A DNA stretch of 64,000 bases from Actinomycetales bacterium (GCA_015655415.1 JAATFB010000025.1:5237-69236), one strand, 5' to 3'; shown: positions 40,078 through 49,218, numbered from the stretch's first letter. The notes: generated from the sequence alone by a model not told the origin. Numbers and translations are program-made.

Positions 40078-41052
40078 TCAGCCCTCCCTGGTTCGCGGAT
40101 CGAGGAACACGTACGCGAGATCGGCGAGCATGTTCGCCACGAGCACGGTCACGGTGATGACGAGAAAGATGCCCTGCATGAGGGGGTAGTCCTGGGCCTG
40201 TGCGGCCTTGAAGAGCACAGTGCCGATGCCCGGATAGTTGAAGACGACCTCGGTCACGATCGATCCTCCGACGACGAAGCCCAGAGACATGGCAAAGCTC
40301 GAGAACGACGGCAGCATCGCGTTCCTGGCCGCGTAGGTGAACATCACCCGCCGTTTGGGGAGCCCCTTCGCCTCGGCGAGCTTCACGTAGTCCTCGCTCA
40401 GCGTGGTGATCATCATGTTGCGCATGCCGATCAGCCAGCCTCCGATCGAGGCGACGACGATGGTCAGCGCGGGAAGCGCCGCGTAGTACACCGCCGACGA
40501 GATGAAGCCCCAGTTGAAGCCGATCGTCTCGGTCACGGCGTACCCGCCGGACAGCGGGAACCAGTGCAGGACTATGGCGAACAACAGCACGACGCAGATC
40601 GCGAACCAGAAGTAGGGGATCGACGACAGCAGCGTCGTGATCGGAATGAGCGAGTCGAGCCAGCTTCCTCGCTTCCAGCCCACGATCATCCCGAGCCCGG
40701 TGCCGATCACGAAGCCGAGCACCGTGCACACGGAGATCAGCACGAGGGTCCACCCGATGCTCTGGCCGAGCACGTCGGACACCGGGGTTGGGTAGTACGC
40801 GTAGGAGATGCCGAAGTCGCCGGTGAAGACGTTGTGCCAGTAGTCCACATACTGCTGCCACAGGCTCGCATGGCCCTGGCCGAACAGCACGCGCAGGGCC
40901 TGCACGGCCGCGGGGGTGAGCTTGCCGTGGAACTTCTCGATCAGTGCGTCGGCCGGATCCCCCGGCATGATGCGCGGCAGGAGGAAGTTGAGGCTGATCG
41001 CGGCCCAGGCAGTGATCAGATAGAAGAACCCTCTTCGGAGCAGAACCCGCAT
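40078..41052 (-). CDS. Opp-type ABC permease (OppB-like)
   Basis: NFLLPRIMPGDP, GDFGIS, EDYVKLAEAKGL, EVVFNYPGIG, DYPLMQG. Confidence 0.92.
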   Translation of the reverse strand: MRVLLRRGFFYLITAWAAISLNFLLPRIMPGDPADALIEKFHGKLTPAAVQALRVLFGQGHASLWQQYVDYWHNVFTGDFGISYAYYPTPVSDVLGQSIGWTLVLISVCTVLGFVIGTGLGMIVGWKRGSWLDSLIPITTLLSSIPYFWFAICVVLLFAIVLHWFPLSGGYAVTETIGFNWGFISSAVYYAALPALTIVVASIGGWLIGMRNMMITTLSEDYVKLAEAKGLPKRRVMFTYAARNAMLPSFSSFAMSLGFVVGGSIVTEVVFNYPGIGTVLFKAAQAQDYPLMQGIFLVITVTVLVANMLADLAYVFLDPRTREG

Positions 41053-41057
41053 CTCGC

Positions 41058-41756
41058 TCAGTCCTCGTTCTCTCGCGCGGACGGCAGATCCGCGGCCCAG
41101 CTCATCGCGGCCGTGACGATGGTTCGCACCGCCGGTTCGCCCCACGCCGCCATGCCGTGACCGAACTGCACCCAGCAGACGCGGCCGCGACCGGCCCGAT
41201 GGGTCGTCATGAGCGGTTCGGCGCCGTAAGGGGCATCCCGCCACACCGCCACCCGTACGCCAGGCATCATCTCGGTGCGGTAGTGCTCGTGCGGCACGAC
41301 GGAGCCCTCCACTCCCGCAAGCATGGGAGCCAGCGGATGCCCATGATCCACATGCAGCACGACGTCGCCGCTGTGCGGCCTCGGTCCGTGCGAGCGGAAG
41401 ACGACGCCGGCGAGCCGATCGAACGCGTCGCCCTGCGGCAGCACGGTGGAGTGGAGGGAGACCAGGCCTCCACCGGACTCCAGCGCGCATCGCAGAGCCT
41501 CCGACTGCACCGTCTTCAGGTGAGCGCCCGCCGTGTACAGCACCACGAGCTCGTCGGCGCGCACTTTCTCCAGTGCTGCCGTACCGAACCGAACCGGCGC
41601 GACGAGGCCGAGCGCGGCGAGCAGGTCCTGCAGCACGTCACTCGCGGTGAAGAGGTCCTCGTAGACGTCGTCGCCGGCCACCACGACAAGCGCACGTCGC
41701 GGCTCGAGGCGAGCGGCGACGTCGCCGACGAGGGCGGGCGATGATGTGGGGGGCAT
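41058..41756 (-). CDS. ThuA-like domain protein
   Basis: AGDDVYED, LYTAG, GGGLVSLHS, HP, HEHY, GRGRVCWVQFGH; related to 34439-35110. Confidence 0.75.
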   Translation of the reverse strand: MPPTSSPALVGDVAARLEPRRALVVVAGDDVYEDLFTASDVLQDLLAALGLVAPVRFGTAALEKVRADELVVLYTAGAHLKTVQSEALRCALESGGGLVSLHSTVLPQGDAFDRLAGVVFRSHGPRPHSGDVVLHVDHGHPLAPMLAGVEGSVVPHEHYRTEMMPGVRVAVWRDAPYGAEPLMTTHRAGRGRVCWVQFGHGMAAWGEPAVRTIVTAAMSWAADLPSARENED

Positions 41757-41781
41757 GGGGGTGCTTCCGGTGGGTGGCGGG

Positions 41782-42855
41782 TCAGTAGGTGGAGACGGTC
41801 TCTCCAACGGGATTCCAGTAGCCGCGTTCGATCCCCTCGGGTATCGTCGCGGCCGTCCGGTCCAGCGGCAGGCCGACACGGGCGCGAGCGGCGCTGCTCT
41901 GATAGGTGGCGAAGATGATCTCGGCCCCCGCGGCGCCGAGGCGAGCGGCGCATACCGGCTCACGCCCGGAGTCGAGCGCCTCGATGACGTCTTCGATCGC
42001 GGCCGCGGTCGCCTGGAAGATCGCGGGATCGATGCCGTGATCCCACGTGCTCGCGTCGCGCACGGAGGGAGCGTCGTAGCGCTCGCCGGCCTCCCCGAAG
42101 CGTTGTACGTCGCAACCGTCGCCGGTCACGGTGATGCGACCGCGCGACCCCTCGATGATCACGCCGAGCGGCACGGTCGGATGCAGCACCGGATGCTGCC
42201 GGTCGCGTCCCGTCGTGATGGTGGCGTGCACGCCGTCCGGCCACGACACCGACGTCAGCGAAGCAGACTCCATCAACGCCCCGTACACGTACCGGCTCAT
42301 GCTGACGTCGACCTGACCCAGCACGTCGGCCGGAGCCGAGTCGTCCCGGTAGAACAGCAGCAGGTCGACGATGTGGCTGCCCCAGTCCAGCAGATTCGGG
42401 CAGTGCGCCTCGAACGAGTGCACCTCGCCGATGGCGCCGGAGCGGATCGCCTCCCGTGCGAAGCGGTGCACGGGATCGAGACGCCGTTGCAGGTTGAACG
42501 TCAGCTGCACGCCGGCGCACTCCGCCCGCTCGACGACATCGAGCACGTCGGCATACGATAGCGCGATCGGCTTCTCACAGTGCACGGCCTTCACGCCGGC
42601 GGCAACGGCGGCGAGGACGGCGGCCTTGTGCAGCGCCGGCGGCGTGCAGACCGAGACGATATCGGGACGCTCGATCCGGAGCATCCGCTCGAAGTCATCG
42701 TAGGCACGGGGAATGCCGAAGTCGGCGGCCAGCGTCTCGCGGGCCGAGCCCACGGGGTCGGCGACAGCAACAAGAGTGGCGAACCGGGCGTAGGCGGCGG
42801 CATGGACCCTGGCCTGACTGCCGGCCGCGACGATGGCCGCCGTGTGTCTCCGCAT
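41782..42855 (-). CDS. Gfo/Idh/MocA family oxidoreductase
   Basis: PDIVSVCTPP..H, HCEKP, QRR, LLDWGSHIVD. Confidence 0.87.
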   Translation of the reverse strand: MRRHTAAIVAAGSQARVHAAAYARFATLVAVADPVGSARETLAADFGIPRAYDDFERMLRIERPDIVSVCTPPALHKAAVLAAVAAGVKAVHCEKPIALSYADVLDVVERAECAGVQLTFNLQRRLDPVHRFAREAIRSGAIGEVHSFEAHCPNLLDWGSHIVDLLLFYRDDSAPADVLGQVDVSMSRYVYGALMESASLTSVSWPDGVHATITTGRDRQHPVLHPTVPLGVIIEGSRGRITVTGDGCDVQRFGEAGERYDAPSVRDASTWDHGIDPAIFQATAAAIEDVIEALDSGREPVCAARLGAAGAEIIFATYQSSAARARVGLPLDRTAATIPEGIERGYWNPVGETVSTY

Positions 42856-42970
42856 CCGCTTCTCCCTCGAAAGTGGCTATCCCAAAGCTATACCACTTTG
42901 AGCCAGCGTAAGACGAGAAGAGAAACCGGGCAAGGACTCTCAAGACGATTTACACGCCTGCAATCTGTTC

Positions 42971-42984
42971 GGCAAGCGCTTCCC
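42971..42984. promoter_or_regulatory. LacI-family operator GGCAAGCGCTTCCC
   Basis: Reverse complement GGGAAGCGCTTGCC matches the 17847 site at 13/14. Confidence 0.55.
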
Positions 42985-43023
42985 ATCCGCATCACGGGCT
43001 CGGAAACGTCTCCTGCCCGGACA

Positions 43024-43050
43024 TTCCACGTATGACCACTGCCGACCACT
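43024..43050. promoter_or_regulatory. three CCAC boxes at exact 10-bp period
   Basis: TTCCAC (43024), GACCAC (43034), GACCAC (43044) upstream of the Zn-dehydrogenase. Confidence 0.5.
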
Positions 43051-43096
43051 CGGTACACTGGCCACGAATGACGCCGGCATCGCGAAAGGACGGATC

Positions 43097-44029
43097 ATGA
43101 AGATCAGCACGCTCGTCGCGGCCCGCACCTCGCGGGTCGAGCACAGAGCGACTCCGCGACCCGCGGCGGGCGAGATCCTGGTCGAGGTCATCGCATGCGG
43201 CGTGTGCACCTCGGACCTCGATGTCTGGCGCAAGGGGCCAGGAGGAGGCAGGCCGACGGAGCTCGGGCACGAGGTCGTGGGCAGAGTCGCCGCCGTCGGC
43301 AGCGCGAACTCCCGCTGGCGCGATGGCGACCTCGTGACCGGGCTCGGCGGGCCCGGATTCGCCACCCACATGGTCACCGACGAGCGGGCCCTGCTTCCGG
43401 TCCCCGCCGGGATCCCGGTCGAGCACGCCATCGGGGAGCCGGTCGCCACACTCGAGGAGGCGATGGCACGCTGTGCCCCCGCACCGGGAACGCGTATCGC
43501 CGTCGTCGGGCTCGGATTCATGGGGCTGGGACTCGTTCAGCTCGCGCTGGCGCGTGCGCCTCGAGAGGTGATCGGCGTCGACCCCAGCGCCACCGCTCGT
43601 CAGCGCGCGCTCGGGCTGGGCTGTGCCGTGGCGCTTCATCCGGAGGAGGTGGCGGCCTATCTTCAGCACGCCGATGACCGAAGGCCGGAACTCGTGATCG
43701 AGGCCACCGGAGTCACCTCCGGCCTCGAGACGGCATCGCCGCTGGTCGCGCCGTTCGGCACCCTCTGCATCGTGGGTTACCACCACGCCGGGACGGCGAA
43801 GCTCGACATGGAGCTCTGGTACAAGGGCGCAACGGTCGTCAACGGCTTCTGCCCCGACCGCGGCCGCGTCATGAGGGCGATGGACGACGCGCTCCACCTG
43901 GTGTCCCAGCGGCGCTTCAGCTACGCCCCGCTCATCACCCACAGCTTCGCACTCGACCAGGTCGACGCCGCGTATGAACTGATGGACGCCCGCGACCCGT
44001 CCTTCGTGAAGGGCATCATCGCGCCGTAG
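43097..44029 (+). CDS. zinc-binding (MDR) alcohol/sugar dehydrogenase
   Basis: CGVCTSD, LGHE, GLGFMG, IEATG; lacks the 4-Cys structural-Zn lobe. Confidence 0.88.
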   Translation: MKISTLVAARTSRVEHRATPRPAAGEILVEVIACGVCTSDLDVWRKGPGGGRPTELGHEVVGRVAAVGSANSRWRDGDLVTGLGGPGFATHMVTDERALLPVPAGIPVEHAIGEPVATLEEAMARCAPAPGTRIAVVGLGFMGLGLVQLALARAPREVIGVDPSATARQRALGLGCAVALHPEEVAAYLQHADDRRPELVIEATGVTSGLETASPLVAPFGTLCIVGYHHAGTAKLDMELWYKGATVVNGFCPDRGRVMRAMDDALHLVSQRRFSYAPLITHSFALDQVDAAYELMDARDPSFVKGIIAP

Positions 44030-44037
44030 TGCACGCC

Positions 44038-45744
44038 TTACGACATGCACACCCCCAGCACGAACCACGCGCTGTGCGGAATCCACTGCTCCGCCCAGCG
44101 CCACTCCTCGCCCTCCCCTGCCTCCTGCGGCAGAAAGGCGATGCCGGCCTCGTCCGACGGCGACGAGGTAATGCCGTTCACGATCGCGCCAGGCGTGTTC
44201 TGATAGCGGCCCAGATACTCGACGTTATTCCGGCCCCTGCCCTGCAGCATGCACGCGTCGAAGGGATTCAGTCCGCCGATCCACGCAAGGCAGTCCGCGG
44301 CCAGGCGTCGCAGCCGCCGCGCGAGGGCGGCACCGCATTCCTCCAGCTCGGAGACCGATGCGGCGGCACAGGCGATGGACCCGAGATTGGCGTTCTCACC
44401 CTGCCACCAATAGCCGGTCTCGTTGTCGTGCGGGAAGAAGAACGCCTCTCGGGGCCCCTCCGCGTGCTCGTCGTGCACGAGCTGTCTCGGGTAGCCGAAC
44501 GGGTTGTCCACCGAGTCGGTGCGCGCGACGAGCGACGCCATGACGTCGACCGCGAGCCGCCGTGCCGCCGGCGTCGCGACATCCCCCGGGAACAGCGCGG
44601 CGAACCGGGTCAGAGCCACGACGGGCAGGCCAGTCTCGACGGCATGGAAATACGGCCGGCCGAGCCGATCGCCGACGAGATGGCCCGCACCCGACCCATC
44701 GACCGTGAACCTGTCGCACAGCTGACCGATCCGCCGGCGCGCCGCCTCGAGATAGCGCGCTCCCCCGTCCGCGGCCGCCAGCTCGGCGGCCGCCAGCAGC
44801 GCGCAGTACTCGTCGACCACCGACTCCACGCCGTCGAACAGGTATGCGGCGTTGTGCAGCTCCAGATGGGCGAAGCCCTCGCGCGCCGCCTTCAGGTAGT
44901 CGTCAGCCGTATGGTCCCCGCTCACCTCGAGCGTCGCGGCGCGGGCGAGTGCCGCGATCGCGAGGCCGCCACCGTGCCGATACGCCGCCTGCCACCGTTG
45001 CGTGCGCACGCTGTTCTGCAACGGCGCCGTGATCACGCGCTCACGGAGGTCCTTGGTCAGGGCGTCGAAGACCGCAGTGTAGAAGTAGCCGTCGGACGAG
45101 CGGAAGTGCACGAGGAAGTCCGCGCCGAAGAGGCCCTCGTCGCGGAGCCGTTCCCACTGGCTGGTGACGAACCCGGGGTGTCGCGACACGAGTTCGTCTC
45201 GCGCAGCCATGAGCGCCCAGGCGCAGAGGGGGATCTGCTGCGGGCTCATCATGCGGGTGTAGGTGAGGTGGCTGAGGAACTTGCTGTAGTCGCCCGAGGC
45301 GTCCAGCCAGCCGCCGCTGGCATCCACCTCTGCGCCGCTCTCGTCCGCGTAGAAGCGGGCATGCCGGTCCTTGCGATCGATCTCACCCGACGACCGGCTG
45401 GCGCGGAACGCCGCGGTGACGTCCGCCACCGTGACGCGCGCGAGCCGATCCGGGCCGACGGTGACGACGGCAGAGACCTCCTCGCCGTCGACCATCACGG
45501 TCAGGCGATGCTACCCTGCCGACTCGACCTTCCCGAAGTCGATGCGGCGGTACGTCTGGCGCCCCCAGCCGGCGACCACGACGGCCGGGCCGATGCCGAT
45601 GGAGAGCTCCTGATCGCCGACGCGAAGGACGGCCGTGCCCACCGAGGCCTCGGGAGACGTGGCCAGGATCGCCGCCTTCGGCGCGCCCGTGTCGTACCCC
45701 AGATGATTCACGACCAGCACTGGATCGTCGCCGACGGGTTTCAC
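44038..45744 (-). pseudogene. GH9 glycoside hydrolase (exo-beta-glucosaminidase-like), interrupted by an in-frame TAG at 45511-45513
   Basis: N-terminal Ig-like VNHLGY..PKAA; DASGGWLDASGD.SK.LSHL, PQQIP, YFHA.E.GLP, NPFGYPRQ, HDNETGYWWQGENA, W..GLNPFD.CM, EQWIPH; both ORFs are in the same frame. Confidence 0.8.
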
Positions 45745-45827
45745 GCTGTCTCTCCTCCACCCCGCTCACGCCCGTCGACGCGGGCGGGCACCGCGGTCGG
45801 CCGTCCTGCCGCGGTGTCCATGATATG

Positions 45828-45855
45828 GATACCACGTGATACCAATCAAGTCCAC
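45828..45855. promoter_or_regulatory. three CCA boxes at exact 10-bp period upstream of GH9
   Basis: GATACCAC, GATACCAA, AGTCCAC (CCA at 45832/45842/45852). Confidence 0.5.
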
Positions 45856-45920
45856 CGTAGGCGACGCCCCTCGCGGCTGCGGATCGGCTACCGTGGACGG
45901 TCCGCTCCCGCGGCGCGCCC

Positions 45921-46433
45921 TCACCGAAGAGCGCGCAGCGCGATCCCCTTGGCGTACTCCGCCTGCCCCAGGTGCTTGACGTCGTCATCGATGATGCTGA
46001 TCAGACGCACCCCGAGCGTGACCGGCGGATCCCAGCGCGTGTCGACGACGCGATCGAGGTCCGCGTCGCCGGTCGAGGCGATCCGGGCGAGCGTGATCTC
46101 CTGGGTGGCGTCGTAGTACCCCGCCAGCAGGTCCGCCGGGACGTCGACCGCGGCGACCTCCTCGCGCGAGTGGCCGTACCCGGTGTCTGCCCGGGAGAAC
46201 GGCAGCCCGAAACGGTCGGCCCATCCGCCGGCCGTCCATTGCTGCTCGAGACCGTAGACGTCGGCGATCTGCGCGTCCTGCCCCCGCGTGAGGTGCCAGA
46301 CGAGCCACGCGATCGTGTTCGCCTCCTGGTCGGGGCGGAAGGTCAGCACGTCGTGGTCGACGCCCGCCAGCAGCCGATGCACGCCCTGCCCGATGCGCTC
46401 GACGGCGTCGGAGAGAAGGCCTCTGGTGTCCAT
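45921..46433 (-). CDS. DinB/DUF664-like (mycothiol transferase-type) protein
   Basis: ANTIAWLVWHLTRGQD, TGYGH, WDPPVTLGVRL, HLGQAEY. Confidence 0.85.
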   Translation of the reverse strand: MDTRGLLSDAVERIGQGVHRLLAGVDHDVLTFRPDQEANTIAWLVWHLTRGQDAQIADVYGLEQQWTAGGWADRFGLPFSRADTGYGHSREEVAAVDVPADLLAGYYDATQEITLARIASTGDADLDRVVDTRWDPPVTLGVRLISIIDDDVKHLGQAEYAKGIALRALR

Positions 46434-46484
46434 GGGTTCTCCGATCTCGTGCGGTCCGCGCAACACGTTACGCGCCGCACCCGC

Positions 46485-47654
46485 TCAGCTCACGTGATCC
46501 AGCGCCTGCTCCAAGTCGGCGATGAGGTCCTCCAGGCTCTCGATCCCCACCGACAGCCGCACGATGTTCTCCGGCACCTCCAGCGCGGTGCCGCGCACCG
46601 AGGCGTGGGTCATCTCGCTCGGATAGCCGATCAACGACTCGACACCGCCGAGCGACTCGGCGAGCTGGAACACCCGGGTGGACTCCGCGAACGCCCGCGC
46701 CGCGTCCGCTCCGGCCCGCAAGGCGACGGAGAGCATCCCCCCGAAGCGCGACATCTGGCGGGCCGCCACGTCGTGACCGGGGTGCGAGGGCAGTCCGGGG
46801 TAGTACACGCGCTCGATCGCCGGATGCCCCACCAGCCGTTCCGCGATGGCCTGCGCGTTCTCGGAGTGCCGCTGCAGCCGAACGTCGAGGGTCTTGATGC
46901 CACGCACGGTCAGCCACGCCTCCATCGGTGCCGCCACGGCGCCGGCGGCGAACTGCTGGAAGGCCACCCTCTCGGCCAGCTCGCCGTCGTGCAGCACCAC
47001 GGCGCCGCCGATCACGTCGGAGTGCCCGCCGAGGTACTTGGTGGTGGAGTGCACCACCACGTCCGCGCCGAGCGACAGCGGCTGCTGCAGCGCCGGCGAC
47101 GCGAACGTGTTGTCGACGACGACGAGGACACCCGCCTCGTGGCCGAGGCCCGCGAGCGCCGCGATGTCGCTGATCTTCATCAACGGGTTGCTCGGGGTCT
47201 CCACCCAGAGCAGCCGCGTGCCCTCGACCGACAGCGCCGCACGCACGGCTTCGAGGTAGCCGAGGTCGACCGTGGTGTTCCGCACGCCCCACTCGCCGTG
47301 GATCCGCTCGATCAGCCGGTGCGTGCCTCCATACGCGTCGTCGCCGAGCACCACCCGGTCGCCGGGACGCAGCGCGGCCCGCAGCAGGGCGTCCTCCGCG
47401 GCCAGGCCGGATGCGAACGCCAGTCCTCGCTCGCCGCCCTCGAGTGCCGCGAGCACGGTCTCCAGCGATGTGCGGGTCGGATTCCCCGAGCGGCCGTACT
47501 CGTAGCCGCCCCGCAGGCCGCCGATGCCCTCCTGCACGAAGGTCGACGACTGGTAGATCGGGGGCACGACCGCACCGGTCGTCGGGTCGAAGCCCTGGCC
47601 GGAGCGGATGGCGCGGGTCGCGAATCCGTCGGCGGCATGGTCGTGGTCAGTCAT
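46485..47654 (-). CDS. metB: cystathionine gamma-synthase/lyase
   Basis: PPIYQSSTF, YEYGRSGNPTR, ETPSNP, VDNTFASP, HSTTKYLGGHSD (PLP Lys), AESLGGVESL. Confidence 0.92.
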   Translation of the reverse strand: MTDHDHAADGFATRAIRSGQGFDPTTGAVVPPIYQSSTFVQEGIGGLRGGYEYGRSGNPTRTSLETVLAALEGGERGLAFASGLAAEDALLRAALRPGDRVVLGDDAYGGTHRLIERIHGEWGVRNTTVDLGYLEAVRAALSVEGTRLLWVETPSNPLMKISDIAALAGLGHEAGVLVVVDNTFASPALQQPLSLGADVVVHSTTKYLGGHSDVIGGAVVLHDGELAERVAFQQFAAGAVAAPMEAWLTVRGIKTLDVRLQRHSENAQAIAERLVGHPAIERVYYPGLPSHPGHDVAARQMSRFGGMLSVALRAGADAARAFAESTRVFQLAESLGGVESLIGYPSEMTHASVRGTALEVPENIVRLSVGIESLEDLIADLEQALDHVS

Positions 47655-47738
47655 CGTCGTTCTCCTCGCGCAGTGGTGGCAGGGGTATCCGGGACCGGGA
47701 GCACCAGCGCGCCCCGCGGGCTGCTCATCGGCCGGCCC

Positions 47739-49103
47739 TCATCGGCTGAGAAAGGCGAGCAGGTCCGATCGGGTGATCACCGAGACCGGCTTGCCCTCGT
47801 CGGTGACGAGCAGCGCCGCAGAGTCACCCAGAGCCGCGCGAGCCTCGCTCACCGTCTCGTTCACCCCGATCAGCGGCAGCGGAGGCGCCACGACCGAGGC
47901 CACGCTGTCGGCCATGCGCGCCTCCCCCGAGAACACGCCGTCGAGCAGCGTTCGCTCGTCGAGCGAGCCGACGACCTCGCCGATCACCACGGGCGGCTCC
48001 GCGCTCAGGATCGGCAACTGGCTCACGCCGAACTCCGCCATGACGGCGATCGCGTCGTGCACCGTGTCGGTCGGGTGCGCGTGCACGAGATCGGGCAGAT
48101 CGCCGGACTTGGTCGCGATCACGTCGCGCACGGTCGCCTCGCCGGGGACATCGCTGAACCCGTAGGAGCGCATCCAGGCGTCGTTGAAGATCTTGCCCAG
48201 GTAGCCGCGTCCGCCGTCGGGCAGCAGCACCACCACCACGTCGTCGGGGTCCAGGTCACGGGCCACGCGCAGCGCCGCGACCACGGCCATCCCGCTCGAT
48301 CCTCCGACCAGCAGCCCCTCCTCGCGGGCCAGCCGCCGCGTCATGGCGAACGAGTCGGCGTCGGATACGGCGACGATCTCATCCGGCACCGACGGGTCGT
48401 AAGCCGAGGGCCAGAAGTCCTCACCGACGCCCTCGACGAGATACGGCCGGCCGCCCCCGCCGGAGTACACGGACCCCTCAGGGTCGGCGCCGATGACCCG
48501 AACGCGTCCGTCCGAGACCTCTTTGAGGTAGCGACCGGCGCCCGTGATGGTTCCCCCCGTGCCGACGCCGGCGACGAAGTGCGTGACCCGGCCGTCGGTG
48601 TCCCGCCAGATCTCCGGTCCCGTGGTCTCGTAGTGACTCAGCGGGCCGTTCGAATTCGCGTACTGGTTCGGCTTGTACGCGCCGGGGATCTCCCTCGCCA
48701 GCCGGTCGGAGACGCTGTAGTACGAGTCGGGATCCTCGGGCGCCACCGACGTCGGCGTCACATGGATCTCGGCGCCGTACGCGGTGAGCACGTTGCGCTT
48801 GTCCTCGCCCACCTTGTCGGGCATGACGAAGACGCAGCGGTACCCGCGCTGCTGCGCCACCAACGCGAGCCCGACTCCGGTGTTGCCGCTGGTGGGCTCC
48901 ACGATCGTGCCGCCCGGACGCAGCAGGCCGTCCCGCTCCGCAGCGTCGATGATGCGCTCCGCGATGCGGTCCTTGCTCGAGCCCCCGGGGTTGAGGTATT
49001 CCACCTTGACGAGGACCGTGGCGCGGACGCGGTCGGTCACCCGATTGAGGCGCACGAGCGGCGTGTTGCCGATCAGGTCGGTGATGGAGGTGGCGTACTT
49101 CAT
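47739..49103 (-). CDS. cbs: cystathionine beta-synthase with C-terminal CBS domains
   Basis: IGNTPLV, KVEYLNPGGSSKDR, EPTSGNTG, GVGTGGT, EGVGEDF, GGSSG; CBS pair at the C-terminus. Confidence 0.93.
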   Translation of the reverse strand: MKYATSITDLIGNTPLVRLNRVTDRVRATVLVKVEYLNPGGSSKDRIAERIIDAAERDGLLRPGGTIVEPTSGNTGVGLALVAQQRGYRCVFVMPDKVGEDKRNVLTAYGAEIHVTPTSVAPEDPDSYYSVSDRLAREIPGAYKPNQYANSNGPLSHYETTGPEIWRDTDGRVTHFVAGVGTGGTITGAGRYLKEVSDGRVRVIGADPEGSVYSGGGGRPYLVEGVGEDFWPSAYDPSVPDEIVAVSDADSFAMTRRLAREEGLLVGGSSGMAVVAALRVARDLDPDDVVVVLLPDGGRGYLGKIFNDAWMRSYGFSDVPGEATVRDVIATKSGDLPDLVHAHPTDTVHDAIAVMAEFGVSQLPILSAEPPVVIGEVVGSLDERTLLDGVFSGEARMADSVASVVAPPLPLIGVNETVSEARAALGDSAALLVTDEGKPVSVITRSDLLAFLSR

Positions 49104-49218
49104 TGATCGTCCTGTGTGTCGGTCTGCTGTGTGGGTCTGCGTAGCGGTGGTGCGCTGCGCGCGGGTCGGCCATCGGTCTGACGCGGCGCACACACCCGCG
49201 AGCGGCGGGGCGCGGACT

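Noticed and set aside
45511-45513. Pyrrolysine recoding of the GH9 TAG
   Set aside because: No pyl genes in the window, and other genes here use TAG as a normal stop.
21720-45923. Short similarity CGCGGCGCG(A)CGCCTCA / CGCGGCGCGCCCTCA at both ends of the catabolic cluster as att sites
   Set aside because: Short, GC-only and gapped; no integrase or tRNA nearby. Horizontal origin remains untested.
45972-49106. 1044-aa plus-strand ORF, and similar long ORFs at 60-2462, 27500-29506, 35102-37201 and 44029-46116
   Set aside because: Antisense shadows of well-supported minus-strand genes; expected at high GC and without recognisable motifs.
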